In this document: positions 50,141-63,065 of the stretch, in pieces
How the letters are laid out: the number at the start of each line of letters is the position of its first letter
Position numbering within the stretch: position 1 is the stretch's first letter
Assembly (NCBI GenBank): GCA_030390025.1
Contig: CM059432.1
Coordinates: 130,512,001 to 130,576,000, forward strand
Direction: 5' to 3'
DNA length: 64,000 nucleotides
DNA from: Squalus acanthias
Taxonomy: Eukaryota
Notes under the pieces: generated by a model
Seen by the model: the letters and a program-made list of their open reading frames with translations, nothing else
The model's database searches: none
Told to the model about the DNA's origin: nothing
Made by a program: the position numbers and the translations under genes

Positions 50141-51295
50141 ATGGGGGCTGTACTGGCAGTCGACCTCACCCTCCAGGATCTACAGCGGAGGGAGTGGAGG
50201 CAGCGAGAAAGACTGGAACATGTGGCCAGAGAGAGGAGGAGGGCCATCAGGGCTCTCAACAGGAGGCCTTACCCTCCGAGGGTATTCCGAGAGCACTTCT
50301 CCTACCTCCAATTAAGCGAGAAGCAGTGTATTAGAAGGCTCCGCTTCACCAAGGAGGTGGTCACAGAACTGTGCTACCTCCTGCAACCAGACCTCCAGCC
50401 TCAGATCAGGGCGACCATGGCTCTCTCAGTGGCAGTCAAGGTCACCATCGCCCTCAATTTCTTTCGCGAGCAGATCCTTCCAGTCTGCAACAGGAGACAT
50501 AGCCAACATCTCACAGTTCGCCGTCCATCGCTACATCCGGGCGGTCACAGAGGCTCTCTATAGTAGGAGAAGGGACTACATTTCCTTCTCCATCACCAGA
50601 GAGAAGCAGGACGAGCGTGCATGTGGCTTTGCCAGGATAGCGGGATTCCCCATGGTACAGGGCGCCATTGACTGCACCCAGGTGACTTTGCGGGCACCGC
50701 ATAACAATCCTGAGATCTTCCGTAACCACAAAGGCTATCACTCACTTAATGGGCAGTTGGTGTGCCACCACAGACAGCTAATCCTCACCGTCAATGCCTG
50801 CCATCCTGGCAGCAGCCACAATGCCTTCATCCTGCGCCAGACCGGTGTGCCAGCACTCTTCCAGCCACCACGTCAAGCTCGCGGCTGGTTGGTCGGTGAC
50901 AAGGGCTATCCACTCTCCACCTGGCTCATGACTCCCCTCCACAACCCCAACACTCCTGCCCAGCACTCATATAATGAGAGCTATGCTGCCACCAAGAACA
51001 TCATCGAGCAGACCATCGGCCTGCTGAAGCAACGGTTCACTGCCTTGACAAGTCGGGAGGAGCCCTCCAGTACTCGGCTGAGTGGTTGTCCCATTTCGTG
51101 GTGGTCTGCTTCATGCTCCACAACTTGGCCATCATGAGGGCCCAGCCCTTGCCACCAGGGATTGCGGGATCACCTCAGGAGGAGGAGAAGGAAGATGAGG
51201 AGGACGAGGAACAGGAGCGAGGGAGGAGGCAGTCACTCAATTGGCCTTCCGGAAGGGCGGTCTGTGACCACCTCATCAGACTGCGGTTCCAATAA
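50141..51295 (+). pseudogene. Harbinger DDE transposase (frameshifted)
   Basis: YPPRVFR...CIRRLRFTKEVVTELC, with the catalytic triad GAIDCTQV / LVGDKGYPL / IIEQTIGLLKQRF and C-terminal CFMLHNLAI. Confidence 0.9.
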
Positions 51296-51460
51296 ATTAA
51301 ACCCCAGATCCCCGTTGCTCACCACATCCCCATCATTCCACCCCTGTCGCAGGCCATATCACAGCACAAAGCTGAAATGTGACACACCACAAAAGAATCC
51401 AAACTGAATTAATAAATTTATCAAAAATCAGTGAACACATATTTACAACAAAAATATTAA

Positions 51461-53323
51461 CTATTCACCCTTGTGCATTTCCTTAGTGCCTCTTGTTACT
51501 GTGCCTTTGCCTACTCTAGTGCTCCTATGAAGCGTTGGCCCAGTGGCTGCAGCACGGCTGGTGGAAGGCTGCTGAGTGTCCGTGTGGGAGACTTCAGATG
51601 GCCTTGCAGGATGCCCTCGACCAGTCCTGGGTCTGCAAGGCCTGGCTGTAGACTGCACCACCTCAGCAAGGGCGGCAGCAGTCTGGGCTGGCTGGGTGAC
51701 AGGCAGCGACAAGGGCAATGGCGGAGTGGCAGTGGTGGGAGCAGGAATGCTGTCATCCTGAGAGAGGACAGCAGGCTCCTGCTCCACTGACCCACTGCCA
51801 CTCCCCCGGGGCAGCACCTCAGCATCCCTAGCAATCTGTTGGAGCACAGATTGCTGGGCTGCTGTGACACCATGAAAGCCCCAGTCGATGGTGGGAGACC
51901 CAGCTACGATGGCAGTTGTCAGAGCTTGCGTGGCATCAAGCTGAGACTGCATGAGAGCAGTCTGAGATTGAATGCCACCAAACATAGACTGCATTACAGC
52001 ACTAAGATGTTGCGTCGCTTCTGCCTGTGCTGCAATGGAAGCTGCTAGATCGCCCATCACACGCGGCAACAGGTCTGGGACGCCACGGTCTCTCGGGGAG
52101 TCTACCATCCTTTGCAGACTGGAAATGATAGGCTCCATGGTGTGCGCAGAGTCTTGTGCAATGTTGGAGGCGGACTCCTTCACGCTCCTTATCATTGCCG
52201 CAAGGCTCTCGAGCACCCTTGCTATGCCATTGCACCTATCATCTCCGTGTGCATGCCCATCACCCTTCTTCTAAAGGCCTCCTCAGAGGTCCTCATCCGA
52301 GGCCTGTGCAACAGAACTTGCGCGCGAACGTGCCCTCCGGGGAGCTGGCCCTTGAGCTACCCTTTCCCCCTGGCCTTGCTGCAGCCTACTTGTCCCCGGT
52401 GCCTCACCCTGTGCAGATCCCCGCTACTATACTAGCCTCTAAAGAACGCGTAGTGCCAGTATCTGAGCTGATGCCTGCGGGTGAGATATGCAGTGACGCG
52501 GTGTTCTCTTCCTCCTCCTCTTCTCCCACCTCGCTCTCTACAGGCTGCTCAGGTGCTTGCTCATTATCTGAAAGCATAAAGGTACAAGAGTTGGGTTAAG
52601 GTGAGGGAAGAGGGGGCAGGAAGTGAGAAATGCATGCATACAGCATGATTAGCTGGAAAGTGCAAAACACTTGTGGGGTGAGGGGCAAGTGGGATGTGAG
52701 AAGCAGGAGTAGGGATGAACATACCGTTGTTGTCCCCAAAGGGGGTCAACGTCGCCGGTGGCCACGGCACCCAATAATCTGCAGCACTCGATTCTCCAGC
52801 GCAGACAGTGGTTGGGTGTTGACTTGTCCCCCGCATGTGCACTCCTGCTCCCTCCTGTTGTGAGCCACCTTGGCCTGCAAGAGAAAGGAAAGTGTGAAGC
52901 AATGTGTTTGGGTGATGTGCCTGCCATAGTTGAATAGCTGTCATTGTGTGCAAGGTGCAAGATGTGGGTGTGAGTGTTGGTAGGTAGAGAAGATTGTTGG
53001 TGGGTGAGTGCTGGGGGTGTGGTGCTTTAGGCAATGTGTGAAGACTGTGGTTCAGATGGTGGCATGTAGTATTTGTTGAAGCATTGACTCACCCTGACCA
53101 CTCGAGTGAGGTCGTTAACTTTCTTCCTGCACTGTGTGTGAGTCCTGGGAACCACAATGCTGCCGAGATGTGCTGCGCTACCTCCCTCCACATGGTGCGG
53201 AAGACTTGCGGTGAGGGCCTCCTGCCACTTGCCAGGTACAACACCGCCCTCTGTCTCTCCACAGCGAACACCAACGCCTCCGATGCTTGATCGCAGAATC
53301 TGTGGGCTCTCTCCCTGGGGCAT
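51461..53323 (-). pseudogene. Harbinger Myb/SANT-like accessory gene, three predicted exons (53323-53093, 52874-52725, 52567-51461)
   Basis: RERAHRFCDQASEALVFAVERQRAVLY...WREVAQHI...RTHTQCRKKVNDL, then AKVAHNRREQECTCGG. GT-AG sites are visible at each junction. Frameshifts present. Confidence 0.75.
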
Positions 53324-54603
53324 GGATCTGCAACGATTACAGCTGCTTCAGTCCTCCGTCTCCTTCTCCTTGACCTGCTGCTGCTTGCTGAGGCAGCTGC
53401 ACAGCCAGCAATGCTGAGAATGAGGTTGGGTAGCACCAATGAACCTCCCTTTAAGTATTGAGAAAAGCCTGTGGCAATCATGACTTGCAATTAGACTGCA
53501 CTGGATATTGGCCCACCCTTTGAGTATAACACTAATGAGCTTGGGCTTAAAAACTTGATTTAGGACTCCAATCATTCTTTGAGCAGTGAGTACGAATTTT
53601 GCGTGCAGTCTAAGGCATTAGCACCTGGCGCTACTTCTCCAACTTTTCTAATGATATTGCCCATTCCTGGGCTATAATGAATTTTTAGCCTTATTTCTTT
53701 TTATATTCCTCGATAATTTAATTTTGTAGCTCCTCTTTTGCTGTCCTCACTTTTTTTTGGACTTTTTTGCTAACCTCTTCGTATTCCCTTTTGTCATCCT
53801 CTCCATTGTGGTCTCTGTACTTAGTATATCCCTTTTTATTTTCAATTCTGATCTCTCTTTATTCATCCATGGTATTTCATTATTGGCTAGTGTAGTACAG
53901 ATTCAGAGATACGTGGGTGGGTGGGGGTGAAATTGCACTTGGTGATTGAGCAAAACGGGCGACAATCGTCAGCCAGCTCTACACCTCGCCCAATTTGATC
54001 TATAAGCAGGCTTCAGCTGCAGTATAAGCCTGGAGTAAACCTATTGTTTAAAAAGTCCTGTCGTTAAGATATCAAATCAATTGCTTCCTCTGTGATTAAA
54101 TTTCCATCAGCAAGTCTCTACAGAGGATCCCTTCTGACTTCCGTGATACATTTTTTGTCCTTCAGATGCAGAACATCAACTTCCCACTTCTCAAATAGAA
54201 GTATTTTTTCTGAACTGATGAAAGGTAAACCAGAATTTGTAAGAATCGCTTCAAAAGGAGTTGGCTATTTTAAAAAAAAAAGGCTCCAGGACATCTAAAG
54301 GAACAAGTCCATGACATGGAAAGTGTGCCCTGCAATTATCTTTGTTTTAGTCAAAGAGTCAGCCCAACACATAATGTTAACTATTCGTAATCTATACTAA
54401 GATGTAAAAGTTAATACGAGACAGCAAAACAACTTCCTGAATAACAATGGATTGATCATCTAAAGGTCATGTTAGAGGTTGCTTTTTGCTCTCTGGCTTC
54501 ATTGAGACTTCTGCCTGCATTACCAGCTACATTTACTAGGATGCAAATCAAAAGGAATAATAAAGAAAAACTTTCCTTCAAGTGAAATCCCCATTAACTC
54601 AAT

Positions 54604-54856
54604 AGCAAAATACTGTGGATGCTGGAAATCTGAAACAACATTTAACCACTCCTGCCTTCCACCCTGTCACAGACCGTCCCTTTTGTTCTTTCCTTCCCTC
54701 CCCGCTTTCCCTGCCTCTGCACCTGCTTAAAATCTGTTACATCTCTAACTTTTTCCAGTTCTGACGAAGGGTCACAGACCCAAAACTTTAACTCTGTTTC
54801 TCGCTCCACAGATGCTACTTGACCTGTTGAGTGTTTCCAGCATTTTCTGTTGTTAT
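54604..54856. mobile_element. PLE-B insertion: inverted tail + sense pseudo-LTR
   Basis: TCCCCAT(T/G)AACTCAAT duplicated at 54588-54603 and 54857-54872. Confidence 0.85.
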
Positions 54857-55501
54857 TCCCCATGAACTCAATGTTGTTTGTGGGACAGTGTATCAATTTG
54901 CACTACAACATATCTTGGAAAACCACTGAATGTTTCAACACCACAGAGCATAATCAGAAAGAACTTTTAATAGTCAGCTGTACAGTCAAAAACCACCTAC
55001 ATTTCTAATGTAAAAATGTTTTCTGTTCAGAGGAATATCAACCTTCTCCCTTTCTAAACAAGGTAATCTCATTCCATTTTGCTTGAAGTTCCAGTTTTTA
55101 ATGGAATACAAATGGTAATGTTTTAAACAAAAGGATTATTTTTCATAATTTACAGCTCACTAGAATGCAATACATTACAGCCATTAAATTGTGTTAATAC
55201 TTCAAGTAAACAAATTTTTACAATTTACTTGAATCAGAATTGCAGCTGTAATTTAAAAAAAAAAGAGGATTCAGCAGATAACATTACCAAGTCATTGCAA
55301 GTACAAAATGGGATTTCCTCTTTTGTATTCACACAAACTTATTCAGTAAAATTCTCAGCAGGAGGAATTTCACCCTTTTAGTGCTTTAGTACTGCCCAAG
55401 GCAGACTTATTCATGTTAACGAAAGATTCCAGCATTTCACAGACATCAGTACAGACTCCGCTTCACTTCATTGCAGAGTAATATCTTCATCTCAGGAAAC
55501 A

Positions 55502-55558
55502 TTATAGAATCGTCCTGAACTCATCAAAGATGAAACTCGGGACGTGCGCTTCCACAAT
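55502..55558 (-). CDS. WASHC5: WASHC5 last coding exon with stop codon
   Basis: IVEAHVPSFIFDEFRTIL-TAA matches the strumpellin C-terminus. Acceptor ttttctttccttgctAG. Confidence 0.95.
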   Translation of the reverse strand: MVEAHVPSFIFDEFRTIL

Positions 55559-55900
55559 CTAGCAAGGAAAGAAAAACAATGATCAATTCTTCTTCTCAGC
55601 TGTATTACACCAGCACCAATTTAGCCAACCAGAACAGTTAAGCAAGGACAATCTGGTAAGCAAGATCTTGCATTTTCCTACGTCATAATTTGCACCCTCC
55701 CTCAGATTGCTAAATTAGAGCTGAAAATTGTGACTCATTCTGTGTTACTCACTAGAAACTAGACCAGAAAAGAAAGGCAATGTGTTTGAGCCAGGTGCAT
55801 TTCTAGAATTCCACAGCTAAAGGGTCCATCATCTTAATCCTGTGTAACGTAACTCCTTCCTGATGTATTGTAACATTCACAGTAATGAACATTTCTCTAC

Positions 55901-55988
55901 CTTTCTGGGTAATTTTGTGTAATAAACATAATTCTCCAAGAACATCAAGGCAGCCACAGCATCTGCAGGCATTTCAGGGATTTTCTGG
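55901..55988 (-). CDS. WASHC5: WASHC5 penultimate coding exon, 88 bp
   Basis: (S)[29 protein letters not shown]. Acceptor cacatttAG, donor GTagag. Confidence 0.93.
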
Positions 55989-56260
55989 CTAAATGTGCAA
56001 AAGAAAAACATGCCTGGGTTAAAATTATATAATTGAGTTAGAGTTTATATACACCATACATTTACATGTCATGACAATAAAATACAGAAATGTCAGATGG
56101 AGGCTCAATTTTGCAAATTCATTTTTTTTTGGCCTCAGAATTGTAGCGTCCTTAATGAAAATCAGAATTTTAATCGTTTAACTTTGTTTTATGAAACTGC
56201 TCAGTAAAGTGTGCCAGCACTGTGTCTTTCCCCACCCCAAAGACATACAATGATACTTAC

Positions 56261-56417
56261 CTGGTGGTGCACTGCTCCACTGTGGAGCGAACAAACTGGC
56301 CAATCAAGGCCAGAAAATGCTCCGTGTAACGCGAATGGAACTGCTTCAGCAGAGTGACGAGTCCAACTACCAGAGGTGGCCAATCTATGGGATCCGTGGA
56401 TTTTTTACATACCATTC
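56261..56417 (-). CDS. WASHC5: WASHC5 coding exon, 157 bp
   Basis: (G)[51 protein letters not shown](S). Acceptor tgtttgcAG, donor GTaagt. Confidence 0.95.
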
Positions 56418-56537
56418 CTGCAAACAGAATGAAATACAGTGGAACGGTCAGATTATCCCAATGCTTTACATGCTGATTACTTGAGACTCGGAGAAATGCT
56501 TTTCATTTTCTTCTCCTACACAAAACCTGCAAACAGG

Positions 56538-57235
56538 GGCCGGGAATTTGCGGTGAGTAATGACGGCTAACTAACAACGATTTAGCGCATGCACATCTAA
56601 AGGTGGAGTCCTGAAGTTGCGGTCAGTCATTCACTGCTCCAACACCGGCTGCACTGTGCCCGACCACCCCCGCCACAGCCGGCAATCAGTGAAACGGACG
56701 GAAACTTGGGCTTTTCCGTGGTAATATTGCTGTTAAATACCCCATTAAAAGTTAGGCCATGTTTAATCAGGTGTAACTGGGGTTTTAATAGCATATTGAC
56801 TGGTAAACAAACATTCTGGCCCTGAAAAACTCATTTTTACATTTGTGGAGTGTCAAATTTCTCCATTATGATAAAAATTACAATTTTATAAAAAAACTTT
56901 TAAGTTTGTTCACGATATTTCAGCTTCTACCTTATCCTCATGCGACAGTCCCAATCTTTATTTCACACTCATCATTTTTAAAAAAGTCCAGATAAAAGCA
57001 GTTCTCATTTCCTGGTTTCCTGTCTGAGAATTCTGCAATGTGATTGACTGCTTAGATAGCTTGTTGACATCACAGCAGATTGCACCAGGGAATTCCCATT
57101 AGAGCGCACTGAAATCAACTGAATGTTGAAAATGGCAAACTTCTTGCCACAGGGATGGCGAGATCGCTGTGGGCAGCTTTCTTCAGGGCCACTGGCTAGT
57201 GCCTTGGCTTCGCCGCTGACTGCAAATTATGGGCC
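56538..57235. mobile_element. Second, diverged copy of the 3812-4581 MITE family (in a WASHC5 intron)
   Basis: Ends GGCCGGGAATTTGC and GCAAATTATGGGCC. Shared internal block CTGGCCCTGAAAAA...TGTGGAGT. Confidence 0.7.
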
Positions 57236-57724
57236 ATGATTTTCTGAAATTTTGTAACACTATTTGCAGATACTAGAACCAAGACAATATGTGCTTGATA
57301 TTTTTTATTCACAGTAGTCTCTGGATTCCTGTTGAAAGCAATACAAAATATATCACTCCACTAATGTTTCTCAATTTTAAATTCATTTTTATAGTCTTTA
57401 ATTTCATTACATATATCATTCCTAGCTGAAGGGACAGGCAAATTGATATACTCTCAGCTTTCTGACAAATTTGCTTTTGATCTGACTGCAAGGAGATGTC
57501 CAATTTGTTGGTCTATTTTCCCTGGTAACGCTGGAGATGTAGCACTCATGCCACTCACTGGTGGTGCTGCAGAAATAAAAATCAAACCCTCTGTGTATTT
57601 GGCTTAATACTGCACTTGTCAACCGTGTTTATCATGGAGATTATAAAAAATTCTTTACATATATAAACAAATTACATTTTGGTGAAGATAACCTACTGCA
57701 GACTTGAGTAGTCAAGACTCCAGT

Positions 57725-58290
57725 ACATAGGAACAGGAATAGGTCATTTAGCTGTTCGAGCCTGTTCCGCCATTCAATGAGATCATGGCTGATCTGTGAT
57801 CTAACTCCATATACCCACTTTTGCCCATCCCTTAATACCTTTGGCTAACCAAAAGCCATCAATCTCCGATTTAAAATTAACAATTGATCTAGCATCAATT
57901 GCCGTTTGTGGAAGAGTTCCAAATGTCTGCCACCCTTTGCGTGTAGAAGTGTTTCCTAACTTCACTCCTGAAAGTAATGGCTCTAATTTTTAGACTATGC
58001 CTCCTTGTCCTAGACTCTCCAAGCAGCGGAAATAGTTTCTCTCGATCTACCCTCTCAGTTCCCCTTAATATCTTGAAACTTCGATCGAATCACCCCTTAA
58101 CCTGCTAAATTCCAGGGAATACCACCCTATTTTGTGTAATCTCGCCTCTTAATTTAACCCCTGGAGTCCGGGTATCATTCTGGTAAATCTACGCTGCACT
58201 CCCTCCAAGGCCAATATATCCTTCCTAAGGTGTGGTCCCCAGAACTGCTCACAGTACTCCAGGTGTGGTCTAACCAGAGTTTTGTATATC
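57725..58290 (-). mobile_element. CR1 3' fragment
   Basis: CR1 3' UTR, and [17 protein letters not shown] on the minus strand. Confidence 0.85.
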
Positions 58291-60094
58291 CCTTTTTCAG
58301 TCAATTTCGCAGCCACGCTAGGTTATAAATTTATAATGGCAAACAGAGGTATTTACCCCCAGGCTGAGGCTGCAAACACCCTCAAACTACAAGTCATCAC
58401 CCATGAAATTCTGGCATATGGTGGGGGCGGAAAGAGAAAATAATACAATATGGAGTTATCTTCCCTTTACCAAACACAGTTGATTTATGTGCACCAGGAG
58501 ATACAAAGCCTTACTAGGAATAGTAGCAAGAATCCCGCTACCTTCATGACGAAGATTAATCTAATCCCACATTCAGTGTTCATCCGCACAAGCAGAAGCA
58601 GTGCCAAGCAAACAGGAACGCCACAGTGACAATTTCTTGTCATTTGTATGCAGCTGTATTTGTTGGTTAATTTTACTAGCTCCACACCAGGATGCTGTGA
58701 CATCAGTAATGTTGTTCAAATGTGTAGCTCAAGGTGAAACAACTTTTAAGCTTCCATAGTCTAAAAGAATGTTGGTCAAACTGCACAGAAGAAAAAAGAA
58801 TCTTGGTCCAAACAGGTGCATGACAAGTTGTTCCTGCAACTATTCTTCTGTTGCTCAGATCTCAGCAACTACAAGGATACAGGCCTGTTGGGAATCAGTT
58901 GGGGACTATAAAATACATAATCCAATCAATTTTAGCATCATGGCCATGCAGAATAATGACTCAGCAATACAGCAGAGCAAGCAAATATTTGCACTAGGAG
59001 GCACAAAGAAGGCAAGTGTTTTTCTCTGTAACTAGAAGCAAGTATATGAACCATTCATCACCGTACAAGTTCCAATTGTGTGAGCCTCCACCTTCTAAAT
59101 TGTGATGGATTAAAAAATCTCATTGTATGCATTGCTTTTTCACTATTACTTTTCAATTGCAGTCTCTATACTTTGAGTTAGATTATCTTGTAGTTGGCAA
59201 AACCTGCAGGGAAAGAAAATGTACAGACCATTTAATATATGCGACTAGATTGTCGCAGAACCCTCTTAGGAGATTCTTATGACTCTCCACAGCCGCTCAT
59301 GTGTGTCTCTCTGTGTATTTCTGGGATATTATGTTGACCTTGAATCTTTCCCCATTCTGTTTTCCTAATTTTGTAGTCTCTGGACTACTGTGGTGTAATT
59401 GTTTATGGAGCCAGAAGTTAGGAGGTGTGGAAGAGGTGCCTCCGAAATGTTGATCTTTGCCTCCAATTTTACTCTCCCTGTGGGAATCTGATATTCACTT
59501 TGTGCTTCCTCACAGCAAGTCATTGGGATTCAAAACTCAGTGGAATGGAGGATCTAACTTACATTCTACCACTTTTTGCTTGTAAGAGGAATACTGAAGA
59601 GTATGGGCAGCAAGCAGGAGAGCGCGATTAGACTGGGTGGCTTATGTGGGATTAAACACTGGCACAGACTTAATGGACCAAATTGCCTGTTTCTGTGCTG
59701 TGACATTCTGATTCTATGAAATTGGCCACAAGTTCAAATGCCAACCCCATCTGTCCCCAAAGAGGAGAGCGGAGTTTTCAGCCAAGCCACTAGATGGAGC
59801 ACTGCATATCATCTGGGGGGAAAAAACTAAAACTGGCACTCACCAGCCTTGCCTTGAAAAATATACAGCAGCATCAGATCAACCATATCGAGACTGAATC
59901 ACCCACCCATCTGAAGGAGACGGCAGCAGAGGATAATTAAAAGGAGTAAATTAGAGAGGGGAGAAGTGACTGACAGTTAAAATCAGTAATCAACTACATC
60001 AAGTTCTGGTTTCTGTAAAGAATTCCAAACCCAGACACCAAATCTATTTTGTGCATTTTACACCAACATGCAGGAATTTCACAGAGTATATTAC

Positions 60095-60191
60095 CTTGGT
60101 TCTTAACGTACTGCACTTTTGGCAACTGAGAAATCAGAAACAGGAAGTTCACTACTGGAAAATATGGCAGCCTCTTTGTTGTAATGTAAAT
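60095..60191 (-). CDS. WASHC5: WASHC5 coding exon, 97 bp
   Basis: [32 protein letters not shown](G). Acceptor tttttatttctAG, donor GTaa. Phase is compatible with the neighbouring exons. Confidence 0.95.
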
Positions 60192-61189
60192 CTAGAAATA
60201 AAAAGAATGCCAACTCATTTTAACAAGAGCGAGAGAGTCAGGTCTTACGTGACAACTTACAGCACTGAGGGTATGATAAGTCTAGCCGTAATGGTACAGG
60301 ACCGGCAAGCCAGAGATTGAGAGTTCAAATCCCGCTGCGGGAAACTGTGTTGGCATTAGAAAATGTTGTATAAATCCAACTGGTTCACTAATGCTCTTTA
60401 GTGAAGGGACCCATCACCACTTCCTAGTCTGGCCTACAAGTGATTCCAATCCCATAATCGCATGCTTAATGCCCTCAAGGCTACAACTACAGATGGGCCT
60501 CGTCTGTGTCATGCACAACCCAAGAATATATTAACAAAAGATTCATACTTGCTGGTTAATTATTCCGCGTACCTAATGCAGAGCTGAATGTTTTATATCG
60601 AACTATTTATTTCACTCTCTAAGATGGGATGATAGAAAATGTTCTCGCTCTGCTGACTGCAAGGCTGGTCCATGAAATTACTTTGGAGTAGTCGCAACCT
60701 AGTTCCAAGTGGGTTTGAGTCCACAGCAGAAAATTGCCCCTAATTTGGCAAAAAAGTCCTAAATTGACTACCTCAGGAAAAGAGACCACAAGGACAACTG
60801 ATGTGGTAAATGGATATGTTATACATGGACAAGAGTAGAGGTATTCTTGGCACCTTGGGACCGAGCAAAGGAAGATTTATTCTACATCTAACCGGTGCTG
60901 TACCTGATCTCATCTTGCTTGATGCAGATAATGGCTACAAAAAGTGAAAAGTATTTACTCAGCTTTGACACCCCTCATCTTGACAAGCACAAAGTAAAAT
61001 ATTTTACAAAATCTCTCTAATATGCCTCTGAGTTTAAAGGATAATTATATCACAAATTGTGTTGGAACACTACCATCACCGACAGCCTTAATTTTGAGCC
61101 TTGATGTAACATGATATATGAATTTACACTTTCAACATACTCCAATCTTCAATGCTGTTCGGACCATCGTGTAAGAACTGATCAACCTG

Positions 61190-61512
61190 CGTTGGTGGGT
61201 AAATGTGCTGTGGTACTGAACCATACTGACAAGGAAGATCCCAGGTTCAAACCCCCGGTCTGTACCGAGTTACCCAACCTCAGCTGGGGCAATAATGGAG
61301 ATTCACAACTGGCTTCTCAATCCTCAAGGCAGGGAAGGAGAAAAGGAATAGGTAAGAACTCACGTTCACCATCAGCGAACCCGGGAGAGTGAGTGAGTGA
61401 GTGTGTGTGTACATATATCTCAGCTGAGATGTCCCACAGTTAAATTGTTGGCTGGCATTCACTGTCCAGGATTACTCAAAGAATGGCTACTTGGATGAGA
61501 TACTCCCACCAG
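61190..61512 (+). mobile_element. Unclassified old SINE-like repeat (related pieces at about 43815-44120 +, 26610-26900 -, 41500-41640 - and 20350-20520)
   Basis: Shared motif CCAGGTTC...GGTCTGT(G/A)C(T/C)GAGTTA...CTCAGC and a B-box-like GGTTCAAACCC. Confidence 0.5.
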
Positions 61513-61884
61513 TGTACCTGGACTCTAGCATGAGTTACTAGGAGGAGGGTGTCACTGAGGAAGGGGGAAAAAAAACCCACAGGGAAAGGAAATAGAAACA
61601 GAACTGCACCACAAATTGCCACAGTTGAAAACATTTCATTACAATAGGCTACACACAGTAAAACCAATAGCCAGCAACATGTGAGGAAGCATTTAAGAAC
61701 ACAAATGAGCAAAACTTCATGCAACCAAACCAGAATGGCTAACATTTTAAAGAAGTTTTAAAACAGGTACACAATGAATGAGCCTACCCCAGAAACACAA
61801 ATACAGTGCAGTGCACTACTGAGTAACCCAACTGGTACTGTCAAAACTGGAGGGGCTAGGATCTGCACTCTTGAAGCCCATTTC

Positions 61885-62960
61885 ATAACATAAAAGGGAA
61901 CCCAAAAAATCAGTAAGCGGGTAGTAAGTGGCGGGGTGGGGCCTATTAGGGACAAAGAAGGTGATATATGCTTAGAGGTGCAGGGCAAGGCTAGAATACT
62001 CAATGAGTACTTTGTATTGGTGATTACTAAGGAGGTGGATGCTGACAAAATATCGGTAGAAGTGGAAAAGGTAGAAGCAATGGAAGGGGTGAAAATTGAT
62101 AGACAGGATGTACTAGAAAGACTGGGTATGTTTAGAGTGGATAAGTCGCCTGGTCCAGATGGCTTGCATCCCAGGTTGCAAAGGGAATTGGGAGAGGAGA
62201 TAGCAGAAGGGCTTGCCATAATTTTCCAATCTTCCCTAGATGCAGGGGAGGTGCCTGAGGTTTGGAAAGTGGCAAATGTGACACTGTTGTTCAAGAAAGG
62301 GTGCAAGGACAATCCTAGTAACTACAGGCCTGTCAGTTTAACATCAGTGGTGGGTAAAGTTTTAGAAACAATAATCAAGGAAAAATTTAACAGGCACTTG
62401 GAGAGGTTTAAGCTAATTAAGGAGAGCCAACACGGATTTGTAAAAGGCAGATCATGTTTGACTAATCTAATTGAATTTTTTGATGAAGTAACAGGGAGGA
62501 AGGGAATGCAATGGATGTTGTCTACATGGGATTTTAGGAAGGCGTTTGACAAAGTACCACATAGAAGGCTGCTTAACAAAATTGAGGCTCATGGAATGGG
62601 TGGGTCAGTGGCAGCTTGGATAAGGAATTGGCTTAAGGACAGAAAACAGCAAGTTGTGGTAAATGGCTGTTTTTCCAGACTGGAGGATGGGAGACAGTGG
62701 TGTTCCCCAAGGGTCACTGCTGGGGCCACTACTTTTTTTGAAATGACCTGGATATTGGAATACAGAGTAGAATTTCTAAATTTGCCGATGACACCAAACT
62801 TGGGGGTGTGGCAAACAGTGAGGATATCATCAATCGACTGCAACAGGACATAGAAAGGCTAGCAGAATGGGCAGACAAGTGGCAGATGGAATTTAGTACG
62901 GAGAAGTGTGAGGTGATGCATTTTGGCAGAAGGAAGGAACAGGGAGAGGCAATATACACT
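61885..62960 (+). mobile_element. CR1 ORF2 internal fragment in a WASHC5 intron
   Basis: 305-aa ORF with KSPGPDGLHPR, NYRPVSLTS and SQHGFVKGRSCLTNL. Confidence 0.9.
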
Positions 62961-63065
62961 TATGACTCTATTTATAGTTAGCATTCTAATGTTCGATCAA
63001 GCAGCTCAGGTTGAACGTTGTACAATTATTTACAGACTCAAGAGTATTCCTCCTCCCAAACTTAC

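Larger units (their letters stand above)
49643..53690. mobile_element. PIF/Harbinger DNA transposon with convergent transposase and Myb/SANT-like genes
   Basis: Imperfect termini GGGGAAAAATTC and GAATTTTTAGCC. Host CR1 continues on both sides. The two-gene layout is typical of Harbinger. Confidence 0.85.
44575..53890 (-). mobile_element. Old minus-strand CR1 acting as host (pieces at about 44575-44972, 48843-49642 and 53691-53890)
   Basis: The first two pieces are collinear with the copy at 18380-19960 once the insertions are removed. Confidence 0.75.

Noticed and set aside
50141..51295. Domesticated HARBI1 host gene
   Set aside because: It is frameshifted, paired with a Myb-like gene, bounded by termini and inserted in a CR1, so it is a transposon copy.
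59100..59220. Strong minus-strand acceptor (ttttctttccctgcAG) in a WASHC5 intron
   Set aside because: The frames I checked hit early stops, and the flanking WASHC5 exons already join in phase without it.
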